From the human T2T-CHM13v2.0 reference genome, Homo sapiens: a DNA stretch of 64,000 nt. Under the pieces are notes generated by a model. That model searched no databases, was not told where the DNA came from, and saw only the letters and a list, made by a program, of their open reading frames with translations. The stretch lies in NCBI RefSeq assembly GCF_009914755.1, contig NC_060936.1; one strand, 5' to 3'. Below are positions 38,814-54,849 of the stretch, in pieces; the stretch's first letter is position 1; each line of letters opens with the position of its first letter. Both the position numbers and the translations under genes were made by a program.

Positions 38814-39113
38814 GCCGGGCACATTGGCTTATGCCTCTAATCCCAGCACTTTGGGAGGCCAAGGCGAGCAGATCACCTGAGGTCAGGAGTTCAAGACCAT
38901 CCTAGCCAACATGGCGAAACCTCATCTCTACTAAAAATACAAAAATTAGAAGGGTGTGGTGGCAGATGCCTGTAATCCCAGCTACTCAGGAGGCTGAAGC
39001 AGGAGAATCGCTTGAACCCAGGAGGCGGAGGTTGCAGAGAGCTGAGATTGCACCACGCACTCCAGCCTAAGGGATAGAGAGAATGAGACTCTGTCTCAAA
39101 AAAAAAAAAAAAA
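38814..39113 (+). mobile_element. Alu (AluS-like)
   Basis: Full dimer; TSD ggaaaatcttg. Confidence 0.96.
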
Positions 39114-39425
39114 GGAAAATCTTGGGAGAAATCCTTGAGAATTTCATGCAGCAGGATGAAATGCAACAAGTTGTGTTTATTTCAAGAAAAAAAGGATAAC
39201 TAAACCTTATAAAAATATTTTTATTAAATCCATTATACAAATACATTTATAAGACTTTTTAAAAGTTATAATCAATTTGAATCATTTGATAAATTTAACA
39301 TCTTTTCCCTAATCTCAGAAGCACTCATAAACTTGTGTTTCCAAAAACATACTTCTGATAACGTGATTAAAAATTTTCCATTTGGACCAACAGTAAGCAT
39401 CAAGTTTAATGGTGAAATTCTATAG

Positions 39426-39614
39426 CAATGCTGTCCAATAGAATTTAAATCAATATTGATAATGTTCTCTGCAATGTTCAATACGGTGGCAGTCGTCAAA
39501 TAAGGCTGTTGATCCATTGAAATGTTAATAAGAATTTTAAATTGCATTTAAGGTAACTTAAATATATATGTAAATATCACATTAGCTAGTGGCTATTATA
39601 TTGGAAAGTGCAGG
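39426..39614. mobile_element. MER3 (hAT-Charlie)
   Basis: gctgtccaatagaa..ttcaatacggtggc..gctagtggctattatattggaaagtgcag. Confidence 0.85.
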
Positions 39615-40014
39615 CCCAGATGCAAACATCTTAAATTCATGAATAAAACAAAGATACATACTATCGCTCCAGTTTTTTACCACTTTCCTTAAAAGTTTCA
39701 GACAATGCAATAAAACAACAAAATATGTTGTAAAAAGTGAGAAGAAAAAGATGAGAGTTTCAGTGTGATGCTTGTATAAGAATAAACAAATCAACAAGAT
39801 GGAATAATGAATTTAGCAAAGAATATAAAGATTATGTAATAATGGTCATAAATAATAATGAAATTTTTCATTGGTGAGCATACACTAAATAGCTGAATAA
39901 ATGGTATTAGCAAAACTGGTATTTGGAAAACCATTCAGCATACTTACATCATATTGTATAATGAAATATTCAGATGAGTTATAGACACAAAACTTAATAT
40001 CTATAAAAGTACTA

Positions 40015-40190
40015 ATTCAAAATATACTTATGGTGTGCCAACTATGTTCCAACTATTCTATGTTCCAGAATAGTAACAAAGATTAAATCCTCCCCAAATC
40101 AGGAACTATGCTATGTTCTGAGGATACAAGAGTAGTTGAATAGATCTAACTCTTTCCCTTATTACATTAACATCCAGTTTGTCTCAAAAC
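40015..40190 (-). mobile_element. L2 3' end with an internal templated insert
   Basis: attcaaaatatactta..gtgccaactatgttcc [insert] aggaactatgctatgttctgaggataca. Confidence 0.7.
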
Positions 40191-40319
40191 AAGCAGCAAT
40201 ATTATTAAGAGTACCCACAGATCTCATTTTGGCATGCTGATTTTCTGAAAAAGTGCAGAATTTAAAAGGGAAAATGTAAATAGATATTCACTTCTTTTTT
40301 GTATAAGTAAAATCCAACT

Positions 40320-40422
40320 AGAACGAAAGCTCCTTGAAAAACAGACTTTATTTTGTTTACTATTGCATGTCCTTGGTAAGAATAGGTATAGCACACTGTG
40401 GACATTCAATAAATCTTGATGG
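40320..40422 (+). mobile_element. L2 3' end
   Basis: aagctccttgaaaacagac..ttttgtttactattgcat..cattcaataaatcttg. Confidence 0.7.
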
Positions 40423-40540
40423 GAGAAGGAGAAAGAAAAAAATGAAGGAAGAAAGAAAAGAAGCAAGGAAGAAAGGAAGCGGGGAAGGGAGGGAGGAAGG
40501 AAGGAAGGAAGAAAGGAAGGAAGGAAGGAAGGAAGGACGG
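40423..40540. repeat. (GGAA)n/GA-rich microsatellite at the L2 tail
   Basis: Runs of 4 and 5 perfect GGAA units in a purine tract. Confidence 0.95.
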
Positions 40541-41054
40541 ACCACATGGTTTTTCTATTAAATCTTACAATGCTGGATTATGTCATTGACGTTAAATTAT
40601 TCGATAACATTGGTAATAATATAAGAACAGATTTAATGAGATTTCCTTACCCCTGAGCCATTTATAATGCAAATTATATCACTTAGGCCTACACAAGATT
40701 GCTCCAAACATTTAATAAGATGTGTTGGAGAGGATAAAGAATGTTTTAAGATTTTTACAAAAGTAAATGTATTTCAAGACTCCCTACTGCTATTAATTAT
40801 GAATTTCATGTTATTCTAGCCAGTGACTTGCAAATCAATGGGAATTATAATGTATTTAATATCATTATTTTAAAATTGAAAGAATTTTGTGTTTAACAAA
40901 ATTGCTAAATACTGAATGGGGGAAAAAGAGAAGGGAAAGCAAAATTAACAAGTCAGCTTGGGTTTTTGGTCTCAAGACGATCTGATCCCTGTAGAAACAA
41001 AGGTCTAGCAACCATGCAAGTGACACTGAGAGCAGGATCCATGTTCCTCGAGCC

Positions 41055-41265
41055 ATAGCACAGGGAAAAAGGGTGTGCTTTAAAGTCGGATTGATCCAGA
41101 TTCCAATTTTTTCTGCTGCAAGTACTGACTTTGTGACCCTTCAATTCTCCATGTATAAGTTTTTATAATAATACTTTACTAGAATAGTGCAGCTGTTTAA
41201 CGTAATAGTGATAGAAAGCACTAGCACTGAGCTTGATGAATAGTGGACACTTAATAAATGCACGA
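41055..41265 (+). mobile_element. MIR
   Basis: gctttaaagtcgga..ctttgtgaccct..gaaagcactagcactgagc..cttaataaatg. Confidence 0.6.
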
Positions 41266-42495
41266 TTCAACATGGAGACCATATATCCCTGCTCAGTATC
41301 TTGGTATACATCTTAAAAGTGTTTTATTCCATGGTCACATAGCAATTTGCATAGCTGGACAAGAAAAGTTTTGCATACACACAAAATTTCACTAGTAGTA
41401 CATTAAAACAACAGTGTTTATTGTCACAGAAACCTCATATTTGCTAACATAGTTAGGCTTTTTTAGTGCCATAGACTCTTTTGTTGAAAATTCTCCTGTT
41501 TTTGAAATTCCAGTCAACGAAAGTGGGAATATTTCTTGTTCTTCAAAGACCAGTTGTGGATAAATTACAAGTAAAAGACCACATCTAGTCTGATAGAACT
41601 TTTTCAGTCTAAACAGAAGTATTTTCATGTAACCTAGGCTCCATAAAATAAGTGAGCTACATCAATTCATAAATGTTATTTCTCAGCAAATTTCAAAATG
41701 CACGAAATCCCTTTGAAGAACTTCCATATTGACCTTGACTGACTCTTGCACTATTCCTGTCACAGTCGCTGATTGATCACAGGGAAAATAGGTTGGGATT
41801 GAAAAAATGAAAGATGAAGTAGGACTAGGAGGACATTTTGACCCAATTTCACTCATATCTCCCAGCTTGCATGAAAAATGTAAAAAATGTAAAATCTATT
41901 TAAAAAAATAGATTTCAATGGAATAAGAAATGTGATATGCTACCTATTCGTTGAGATGTTAAGAAAGTAAACTTGACTATTAAAAGTCATACTGGGTGGT
42001 CTTTGACAAGCTCTTTATCTCCTTCTCTGAAAATAGCAGGATGACAAAATTAGGAAATCTTCTATATTTGATTTTGAGAAGCACTGTTTCATTTCAATCC
42101 AGATTCAGTTTTCTTTTAAGATTGACAATGTGGCCTAGCTTTACAGTGCATTTCTTCCAAAAGCAGTCTACTGAAACAACATTGCAGTATTGATTCATTC
42201 TACATGGTTGATAGTGTGATTGTATAATTAGAAGAACTGTGAAAACAGCTTTCACAGCTCTGCCCTTGTTGAAGAAATAAACAGCTCCATAGGCTGAATC
42301 TTTAAAACATTAAAGGATTTAAAAAGCAAGCACTTTGTTTGTGATTCATGCAGCCCATAATAATTAGGGTTACAGTTATCATTTAGTTATGCAGAAAGAA
42401 ACTTGAGTGAGCAACATTTTCTAAGAGAAGAGAAGGCTTAGCTATTTCTTGACTTACCGTAGGTAATAGCAAAAGTTAATGATGAATGCTTAAAA

Positions 42496-42697
42496 CAGTA
42501 GTTCTCAAAATTTAGCAAAATTGAGAACAGTAGTTCTCAAAATCACCTAATATCTTAAAACATTTATATTCCCCGGCATCCCTCCATGATGTTCTGTTTT
42601 AATAGGCAGAGTTTGGGTCTAGGAATCTGCATTCTGAATAAACCTCCAGGTTATTTTGCAACAAGTTATCTTAAGGCCACATTTTGAGAAACACCAC
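42496..42697. mobile_element. MER5B/MER5A-like hAT-Charlie element with duplicated left TIR
   Basis: cagtagttctcaaa (twice)..taggaatctgcattctgaataa..ccacattttgagaaacac. Confidence 0.8.
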
Positions 42698-42789
42698 CAG
42701 AGTAGAACAAAATCTCCCCCTTATATTGGCTGAAAATATTTGTCTTTACTTCACCAAAGACAACTTTTAAATCTACCTAAAAGACACTG

Positions 42790-43045
42790 CAAATAAGATA
42801 TAGTAAACAACCCCCCCAAAAATATTTATTTTATTATATGTATATATGTATATAAAATAAGATATAATAAGATATATAGTAAGATATAGTATAAAATAAG
42901 ATATATTAAATATGTGTATTTAAAAATTTAAAATATATAGTAAGATATCTTACTATATTTTATTTTATATACACATAATATATAAAGATATATATGCTAT
43001 ATAAATATATACAATATCTTACTATATCATATATATATATATATT
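42790..43045. repeat. AT-rich low-complexity tract with taagatata modules and a 24-bp palindrome
   Basis: atatagtaagat|atcttactatat at 42935-42958. Confidence 0.85.
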
Positions 43046-43850
43046 TCTGGGTTTTTTACTGTATATATGTACTGGGGAACAATCTGATAACACAGAAATC
43101 ACTGAGGACATAAAATTATTTCATCACAGTAACCAGGAGACCTAAGGCCTTAATCAGAAATCTAGGAAATACCAGTGAAAATCAGATACAGTGGTTTGGA
43201 GGGTTTTGTTCCACTTTCAGGTCTGACATATAAAGAGTTTCAAAGTCATCACTGCAGTCATTATAACAAGGACACACAGAAATCAGCAACTATTTGGACC
43301 CATCGAGAAATTAGGTTTCAGGGTAAACTGACACACAGAAATCTGGAGAGACAGGACAATATCGAGTCACTTCGGAGATAAGTTTACTTGGAGTAGAAAA
43401 CTGGAACCATAAATTAACTAGTAGTAACACTTGAAGAGCAATTTTGATGAATCGCTAGAGGTTGAGTGTGAACTAGCATGAGAACAGGAAACTCTTTGGG
43501 CTACAGTCTTAGCGGTTCTCCATTCCACTGTGGGCTTTACTTCCAGGAACTTTGCTAAGTTCTCATATTGAAGATCAGAGAAAGATCCCTCTCCTAGCTC
43601 TGGCATAGAGAAGAAACAATAAAAATCCAGAACAGATTATTCAGGAACTGTGGGACAATTAAAAATGTGTAATACACATGCTATTGTAATGCAAGAAGAA
43701 AGAGAGATGGGAGCAGCAGAAATATTTGACTTAATAATGGCCAAGAGCTTCACAAAATTAAGAAGAAGCCCCAAACAACACATTCAAGAAGGTCCAAGAA
43801 TAGCAGAATAAATACAAAAATACTAGCAAGCAAAAAAAAATGCCTATGCA

Positions 43851-44682
43851 TTTTTTTTTAGTTTTTTTTTAATTGGCAGATACTGTTGTATATTTCTATC
43901 ATGTATAACATGATGTTTTGAAATACATATACATTGTGGAATGATTAAATCTAGCTAATTAAGAATGCATTACTTTACATAATTTTTGTGGTAAGAGCAC
44001 ATAACATCCACTCTCTTTACATTTTCTAAGAATACAATATATTTTCATTAACTATAATCACCTTGCTGTACAATGGATCTCTTGAAATTTCTCCTAACTG
44101 TAATCATGTATGTAACTGACATCTCCTCATTCTCCCTTCCCCACTAACCACCTCAACCTCTGGAAACCACTGATATACTCTCTACTTCTATAGCTCAACA
44201 TTTTTAGATTCCATATGTGAGTAATGTTGTACAGTGTTTGTCTTTCTGTGCCTGCTTTATAATGTCCTCCAGGTTCATTGCTGCTGTTTTAAATGGCAAG
44301 ATCTCTTTCTTTTTTTATAGCTGAATACTATTCCACTGTCTGTATATACATTTTCTTTATTCACTCATACATTAATGGACACTTAAGCTGATTCCATATC
44401 TTAGATATTATGAATAGTTCTGCATAAACATGGGAGCATAGATATCTTTTTGACATACTTATTTCATTCCTTTTGGCTATATACCAACTGGTGGGATTGT
44501 TGGATCATATGGTAGTTCTATTTTTAATTTTTTGAGGAACTTTCATACTCTTTTCCATATGGCAATACTAATTTACATGCCTACCATGGTGTATGAAGGT
44601 CGCTTTTCTCCATAGCATCATCAGCACTTTCTTTTGTCTTTTTGGTGATGGCCATTCTAACTGGGGTGAGGTGATATATATA
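43851..44682 (-). mobile_element. L1MA-type 3' end (L1MA6/7-like)
   Basis: aacatgatgttttgaaatacatatacattgtggaatgattaaatctagctaatt; short TSD tatgcat. Confidence 0.85.
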
Positions 44683-45834
44683 ATATGCATATGGTTTTCA
44701 AACTGCAGAAAATCAACCACAAAATGAAAGTCTGTATTGAAACCATAGTACAAAAACACTGTTTTTATAGAGGAACAAAGAGAAAAGTCACAGTGGGCTT
44801 CAGGCCACAAAGTAAGAAAGTAATGAGTGTAGTGAAATATTTAAAGTGATAAAAAAAACAACCTCAACAACCTAGAATCTTATATCCAGCAAAATTATCT
44901 TTCCAAAGTGAAAGGAAAATAACAAAAACTCTAGAAGACCTGCTCTGCAATGAATGTTAAAAACCATTCTTCAGGCAAAAGGCAAATGATGTAGGTCAGA
45001 AATTTGAATCTATACAAAGAAAGAAAGAGCACCAGACAAGGAATAAAGAAAGATAAAACAAAAGATTTTTATTTTTTATTATTAACTTATCTAAAATATA
45101 ATCCTTTAAATAAATCAACAATTTAACAATGTGCTAAATGATTATAGAATATGGATATGTGACAGATAGCAATATCCCAAGAGATGGGAAAGAACTGGGG
45201 ATAAAGTATTCTATTAATAAGATTCCTCTTCCATAGGTGAAGAGTATAGTGTAATTTCAGGGTAGAATTAAATTAGTTAAACATGTAGCAAATATATATA
45301 GTAAATTCTAGAGCAACCTCTAATTAATGTGTTAAGGAAGGGAATTAAAATGGATTCATCTAAAATGTTCAATTAAAACCAGAAGAGGCAGACAAAGGGA
45401 GGAAAAAAAACAAACAAAAACACAATTAATAGAAAACAGTTACAAACAAGGTAGGTGTTAATTAAACTAAATTAATAACATACTAATTACAAATTATCTA
45501 AATGTGCTAATTAAATACCATAAATTTTCCAAATGGATCAAAATGGAAGACCCAACTCTGTACTTTCAGAAACATGCATTGAATATAAAGACTATATAAA
45601 GTTAAAAGTAAAGGGAAAGAGAAAAATGTGTCACATTAACAATAATCAAAAGAAGGCTGTAGTAATTATTTTTATTTCACAAAGAAGATTTCAGAACAAA
45701 GAAAAATATCAAGGATAAAGAGTGGCATTACATAATGATAAGAAGGTTAATTCTCCAAGACAATATAGCAATCTTAATTATATATGCACATTACAACACA
45801 CAAAATTTGTGAGGCAAAAATGGATAGAACTAGA

Positions 45835-48475
<2,641 letters not shown>

Positions 48476-49670
48476 TTTCTTGAGCAATAACCAACAAGCA
48501 CAGGCAACAAAAGCAAAAATGGAAATATGAGATCACATCAAGTTTAAAAGCTTCTGCACAGCAAAGGAAACAATAAACAAAGGGGAGAAAAATAGAATGG
48601 GAAAAATATTTTCAAACTTTCCATCTGACGAGGGATCAATAACAAGAATATATAAGTTCAAACAACTCTATAGAAAAAATCTAATAACAATTAAAAAATG
48701 AGCAAAGATCTGAATAGACATTTCTCAAAAGAAAATATACAAATGGCAAACAAGCATATGAAAAGGTACTCAACATCACTGATCATCAGAGAAATGCAAA
48801 TCAAAACTACAATGAAATGTCATCTCACCCCAGTTAAAATGGCTTTTATCCAAAAGTCAGATGACAACAAATGCTGGTGAGGATGTGGAGAAAAAGGAAC
48901 CCTCATACACTGTTGGTGGGAATGTAAATTGGTACAACCACCATGTAGAACAGTTTGGAGATTCCTCAAAAAATTAAAAATAGAGCTACCATATGATCCA
49001 GCAAGCCCACTTTTGGGTATGTACGCAAAAGAAAGGAAATTAGCATATTAAAGAGTTATCTGTACTCCCATGTTTATTGAAGCACTATTCCCAATAGCTA
49101 AGATTTGAAAGAAACTTAAGTGTCAATCAACAGATAAATGGATAAAGTGTGGTACATATACACAATGGAGTACTATTCAGCCATAAAAAAGAATAATATC
49201 CTGTCATTTTCAACAGCATGGATGGAACTAGAGGTCATTATGTTAAGTGAAATAAGTCAGGCGCAGAAAGACAAACACATGTTCTCACTTATTTGTAGGT
49301 GCTAAAAATCAAAACAATTGAACTCATGGAGATAGAGAGTAGAAGGATGGTTACCAGAGGCTAGGAAGGGCAGTGAGGGGTTGGGGCGGGGAAGTCAGGA
49401 TGATTAATGGGTACAAAGAGATAGAATGAATAACACCTAGTATTTAGTAGCAAAACAGAGTGACTATGGTAAAAAAAATGTGTACATTTAAAAATAACTA
49501 AAAGAGTATAATTGGATTGTCTGAAACACAAAGGATAAATGCTTGAGGTGCTGGATACTCGATTTACCCTGATGTGATTATTACGCATCGCATGCCTGTA
49601 TCAAAATATTTCATGCAACCCATAGATATATACACCTATTATGTGCCCAAAAAAACAAAAAATTAAATAA
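48476..49670 (+). mobile_element. L1MA2/3-like 5'-truncated element
   Basis: ORF2 C-terminal remnant ([21 protein letters not shown]); 3'UTR atttaccctgatgtgattattacgcat..gcctgtatcaaaata. Confidence 0.9.
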
Positions 49671-51754
49671 ATGTTTACCAAGATGGACCACATTTGGGTC
49701 ATAAAATAGAACTTAATAAATTTAAAACCATAAAAATCATACAGCATATCTTCTCAGACCACACTGGAATTAAACTATAAATCAATAACAAAAAGATAGC
49801 TAGAAAATTTCTAAATATTTGGAATAAAACAGCATACTTCTTAATGATCCATTAGCCAAAAAATAAGTATTAAGAGAAATTTTAAGAATATTTTGAATTC
49901 CATGAAAATGAAAGTACGACTTGTAAAAAATTGTGAGAAGCAGTGAGAAGAGTTTAGAGGGAAATTTATAGAACTGAATTTACATACCAGAAAAGAAAAA
50001 AGATCTAAATTCATTAACCTACATTTCTAGTTAAGAATCTAGAAAAAGAAGAGTAATTTAAACCTAAACAAAGTGAAATAAAGTAACTTCTAAAATATTA
50101 GAGCAGAAATCCATGAATTTGTAGACAAAAATTAGAGCAAATCAATAAAACTGAAATCTTGTTATTTGAAAAGCTGAATAAAAATAAACCTTTAGTCACA
50201 CAGAGGCCAAAGGAGAGAATATACAAATCGCCAATAGCAGAAATGAAAGAAGGTTATTACTACTGATATCATGAACATTAAAGAGTAATAAAGAGATACT
50301 TCCATGTGTATAAATTTGATAACTTAGATGAAATCGATCAATTACTTGAAAAACACAAGCTATAAAAACTCACACAGGGAGACATAAGTAATCTGAATAG
50401 ATCTATATCAACTAAAGCAATTGAATCTATAATTAATAACCTTCCAAAACAGAGCACAATGCCTAAATAATTTTACTAATTAACTCAACAAAACATTCAA
50501 GGAAGAAATGATACCAATACTCCATAATCTCTTTCAGGAAATAGAAGCAGAAGGAACACTGTCTAAAAAGAAAGTAAAAGGCCAATATCATTAATAAACA
50601 TAGATGTAATAATCCTCAACATAGCATTAGCAGATGTAATTCAAAAATGCGTAAAAAGAAATGTACACCATGACTAAGTGGGATTAATTCCAAGTATTCA
50701 AGCCTGGTCTAACATTCAAAAATCAATATACCATATCAAAAGGCTAAAGAAAAAAATTCTATCCTATTTATTGGTGCAGAAAAAGGTTTTACCTACTGAT
50801 GATCAAAATGTTCAGCAAACTTCTAATAGAAAAGAACTTCCTAAAGTTAATTTTTGAAATATTTTATTAAAAACCTACAGCTAGCATAATATTTAATGAT
50901 AAGAGAAAGATATTGAGAAGCCTCTGGTATTGTTTACAACACAAAGATATCATTTCTCAGCATTTTTATTCAGCATCATACTTGAAGTTCTACCTAGTGG
51001 AATAATGCATACATGGATAAATAAATAGCATAGAGATGGAAAAGAAAGGCAAAAAAAGGTTTTTGTTCCCAAATTGCATGATGGTCTATGGAGAAAGTCC
51101 CAAGGAATATTACCAAAAAAGAAGAGTACTTAGGTACTAATCTGACAATTTATGTACAGGATCTGTATCTATAAAATTGCAAAATACAAATGCAAGAAAT
51201 CAAAGAAGAGTTGAATAAATGAGCTATTTCTTGTTCATGGATTGAGAGACTCAATACTTTGTCAGTTCTTCCCCTATCTGATTTTTACACTTAATCAAAA
51301 CCCCAGAAAACTATTTAGCAGATGTTGACAAGCTGATTCAAAAGTTTATATAGAAAGGCAATACCTAGGCTAGTCAAACAATATGACACCAAAGTTCAAA
51401 GGCTTACACTACTTGTTTTTAAATCTTACTATAAAAACTACAGTAATCAAAACAGTGTGATAGTGGAGAAAGAATAGACACACAGATCAATGAAACACAA
51501 TAGAGAGCCCAAAATGACAAACTCAAATACAGTTTACTGACTTTGTACAAATGTGCAAGTCATTTCAGTAGTGAAAGATTAATATTTTCCCACAAATGAT
51601 GCTGGAACAATTGGGCATTCACATGCCAGAACTTAGATGCAGACCTTACAACTTTCAAAAATTGATTCAAAATGTATCAAAGACTATAAAATACCAAACT
51701 ATAGAAGTTCTGGAAGAAAACATAGGACAATCTATATCATCTTGTGTTTGATTC

Positions 51755-52003
51755 TGAAGTTTTAGATAAAATATGAATAGCCCAATCAATGAAAGAAAAA
51801 ATGGGCTGAAATGAAATTTGAAGTTATAGATAAGATATGAATAGCCCAAAGAAAAAAAATGGACTGAAATGAAATTGAAGTTATAGATAAAATATAAATA
51901 GCCCAATCAATGAAATAAAAAAAAGGACTGAAATGAAATTTGAAGTTATAGATAAAATATGAATAGCCCAATCAGTGAAAGAAAAAAAGGAGTGAAATGA
52001 AAC
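51755..52003. repeat. Minisatellite, 4 copies of a ~57-65-bp unit inside L1 ORF2
   Basis: tgaagttatagataaaatatgaatagcccaatcaatgaaag..ggactgaaatgaaatt starting at 51755, 51819, 51876, 51941. Confidence 0.95.
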
Positions 52004-52025
52004 TTTCTGCTGTGCAAAATTCACT

Positions 52026-52471
52026 TTAGAAAGCTTAATAATCTCTCCTAAAAGATATAAGGTCCTATTCTCTCAAACCTGTAAATATTATTTTATATTT
52101 GGAAAGGGAGTCTTTGCAAATGTGAGTAAATAAAGGATATTGAGAAGGTAGACACTAAATGTAATCACCTCTATAAAAAAAGTAGAAATAAATTTTATAT
52201 AGACAAAAGTGATCACAATATAACCACAAATGCAGAGATTGTAGTGATGTGGCTACAAGCCAAGGAATTCCAACAGCCTCTAGAAGCTGGAAGGGGGCAG
52301 GAACAGGTGCTTCCCTTGAGCATCTGGAGAGTGTATTGCCCAACCAACACCTTGCTTTCAGCCCAGTGAAATAGATTTTGGAATCTGGCCTTCAGAAATG
52401 TGTGAGATTATATCTCTACAATTTTAGGCTTTTGTGGTAATTTGTTACAGCAGCCATAGAGAATGAATACA
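52026..52471 (+). mobile_element. MaLR solo LTR (MLT1C/D-like)
   Basis: gtctttgcaaatgtga..acaagccaaggaat..tagaagctggaag..tgtggtaatttgttacagcagccatagagaatgaataca. Confidence 0.87.
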
Positions 52472-52646
52472 ACATTGTTACGGGAATGAAAAAACAAGCC
52501 AAAGACTGGGGAAAAATATTTGAAAAGTGTGCATCTAATGATGAACTTGTATCTGGAATACACAAAACCCTTATAACTCGATAATAATAATACAAACCAT
52601 CCAATTTAAAAATGAGCAAAAGATTTGACCAGTCAGCTTTAAAAAA

Positions 52647-52742
52647 ATATATATATATATATATAAATGTGTATATATATATTTGTGGTATATATTTATA
52701 TATGTGATATATATTTTATATATTTGTGATTATATATATATC
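52647..52742. repeat. (TA)n-rich low complexity
   Basis: Interrupted TA runs. Confidence 0.9.
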
Positions 52743-52804
52743 ACATAAGTATTTGAAAAGGTGGTCAATATCATATACTATACTCTTAATAAAATGCAAA
52801 CAAG

Positions 52805-53161
<357 letters not shown>

Positions 53162-54504
53162 TTATTAGAATGGCTAAAATAAAATAAAAAATAGGCAATA
53201 CCAATTTTGGTAAGCAAACGTGGAGCAACAAAAATTCTTGTTCATTACTGTGGGAGGAAAAAATGGTATAACCACTTTCAAAGACAGGTTGGCAGTTTCT
53301 TACAAAGTAGAACGTAGTGTTTACACATGATCTAGCATTGCACTTCTAGGTATTCACTCAAATGATTTGAAAACATATGTATATATAAATCTGCATGAGA
53401 ATGTTTATAGCAGCTTTGTTTATAATCACTCAAAACTGTTATCAACCAAGATGTCCTGCAACTTAGGATGGATAAACAACCTGTGATACAGCCATATAAT
53501 GGAATGCTTTTCTGCAATAAAAATGAATGTGCTATCAAGCCACACAAAGATATGGATGAATCTTAAATACATATTGCTAAGTGAAAGAAGCCAGCCTAAT
53601 AAGGCAATGTATTTTATTACTGCATTAAATGGAATTCCTCAAAAGGCAAAACTGTAGAGACAGTAAACAAGAGGCTGTCAGGGGATTGGAGGAGTGTGGA
53701 GGAATTACATATGTGAAGAAAAGATGATTTATTTTTGGTGGTGAAACTATTATGTGTAATATTGTAATGGTAAATACATTACACTGTGCTTTTGCCAAAA
53801 CCCACAGAACTTCACAGCACAAAGAATCAAACTTCATGGATGCAAATCTTAAAAATATTTTAAAACTCAGGTGATTTAAGGATAGGATGCTGAACATGAC
53901 AAAAGAACCTAACTGTATTATAAAATATGAAGCGGCTTCACTTAATGGGGTTGGGGAATAAAAATGCTGACCTAAGTAACTTTGGAAATGAGTGGAGTCT
54001 TTTAAAGTAAAGGCAAAAGGAACTAAACATAGCTCTGTACTCTGGTTGATAAAGTTGGTTTCCAAAGGGTTAGTTGTTAGCAATTTTGAAATTATATATA
54101 TTGTAATTGCACAGTGAAGTAAGTGGAAGAAGTTGGGAGTCAGTTTTCTCACTGTTTGAGTGGGAGGGTACATGTAATTAGGGGGTGTAGGGTAGAATGA
54201 CCCACGTGCTAATGGACTAAAGTGGCAATATCAGTATCAACTCATATCTTGCTTAATGTCAGTAGGTATATTTACATATAGAAATATTTGTAGATATGTG
54301 TATATACACAGGTTAGTATACACACATTTTCTTTTCTTTCTCAGCTGAGAGTGCTTTTAAACAAATAGTCAAAATTTGTAATTTTGATTTCTGAACTTCC
54401 TTTTGAAATTCAAAACATTTCTATTGTTTATCAGTGTGATCTAGCCCTGATTATTGGCTTTATTCACACCTGAATTAACAAAATAAGAAATCTTAAACAA
54501 AAGT

Positions 54505-54625
54505 GTCTATTCATTCAGTTCATCATTCACTCATTCAAAAAGTATTTACTATGTGTTCATTCTGAGCCAAGAATATTTCACCCTGAGAATATAAAATCAA
54601 TAATATTAATGACCTCATGGATTAA
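54505..54625 (-). mobile_element. L2 3' end
   Basis: attcattcagttcatcattcactcattcaaaaagtattta. Confidence 0.65.
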
Positions 54626-54849
54626 TGAGGAGGCCATTCAGTAAACTTAATAATGATATATGTACTATATATTTATATCTTTGATATATTAAAATATTTC
54701 TAAAACAAGTAAAATAAAAAATGTTCTTACCCTGGAAGAAAATTTCAGAGCAAGAAAAATAATTCAGTTCTTGGCTTGGTATTTGACAATTGCCTATATA
54801 TTTTTTCTTTACCATCCAGCCTGATTGTTGCAGTGTCTTCATTAATCCA

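Larger units (their letters stand above)
38510..40015 (+). mobile_element. Very old L1 (L1ME-like) ORF2 fragments
   Basis: aaaattgactcaa, gcatcaagtttaatggtgaaa, acaaatcaacaagatggaata, aataaatggtattagcaaaactgg. Confidence 0.6.

Noticed and set aside
51755-52003. Regularly spaced repeats superficially like a CRISPR array
   Set aside because: Head-to-tail units without unique spacers, in primate L1 DNA; no cas genes.
53625-54173. 182-aa ORF, the longest in the track
   Set aside because: Antisense to an L1MC3 3'UTR; no recognisable protein features.
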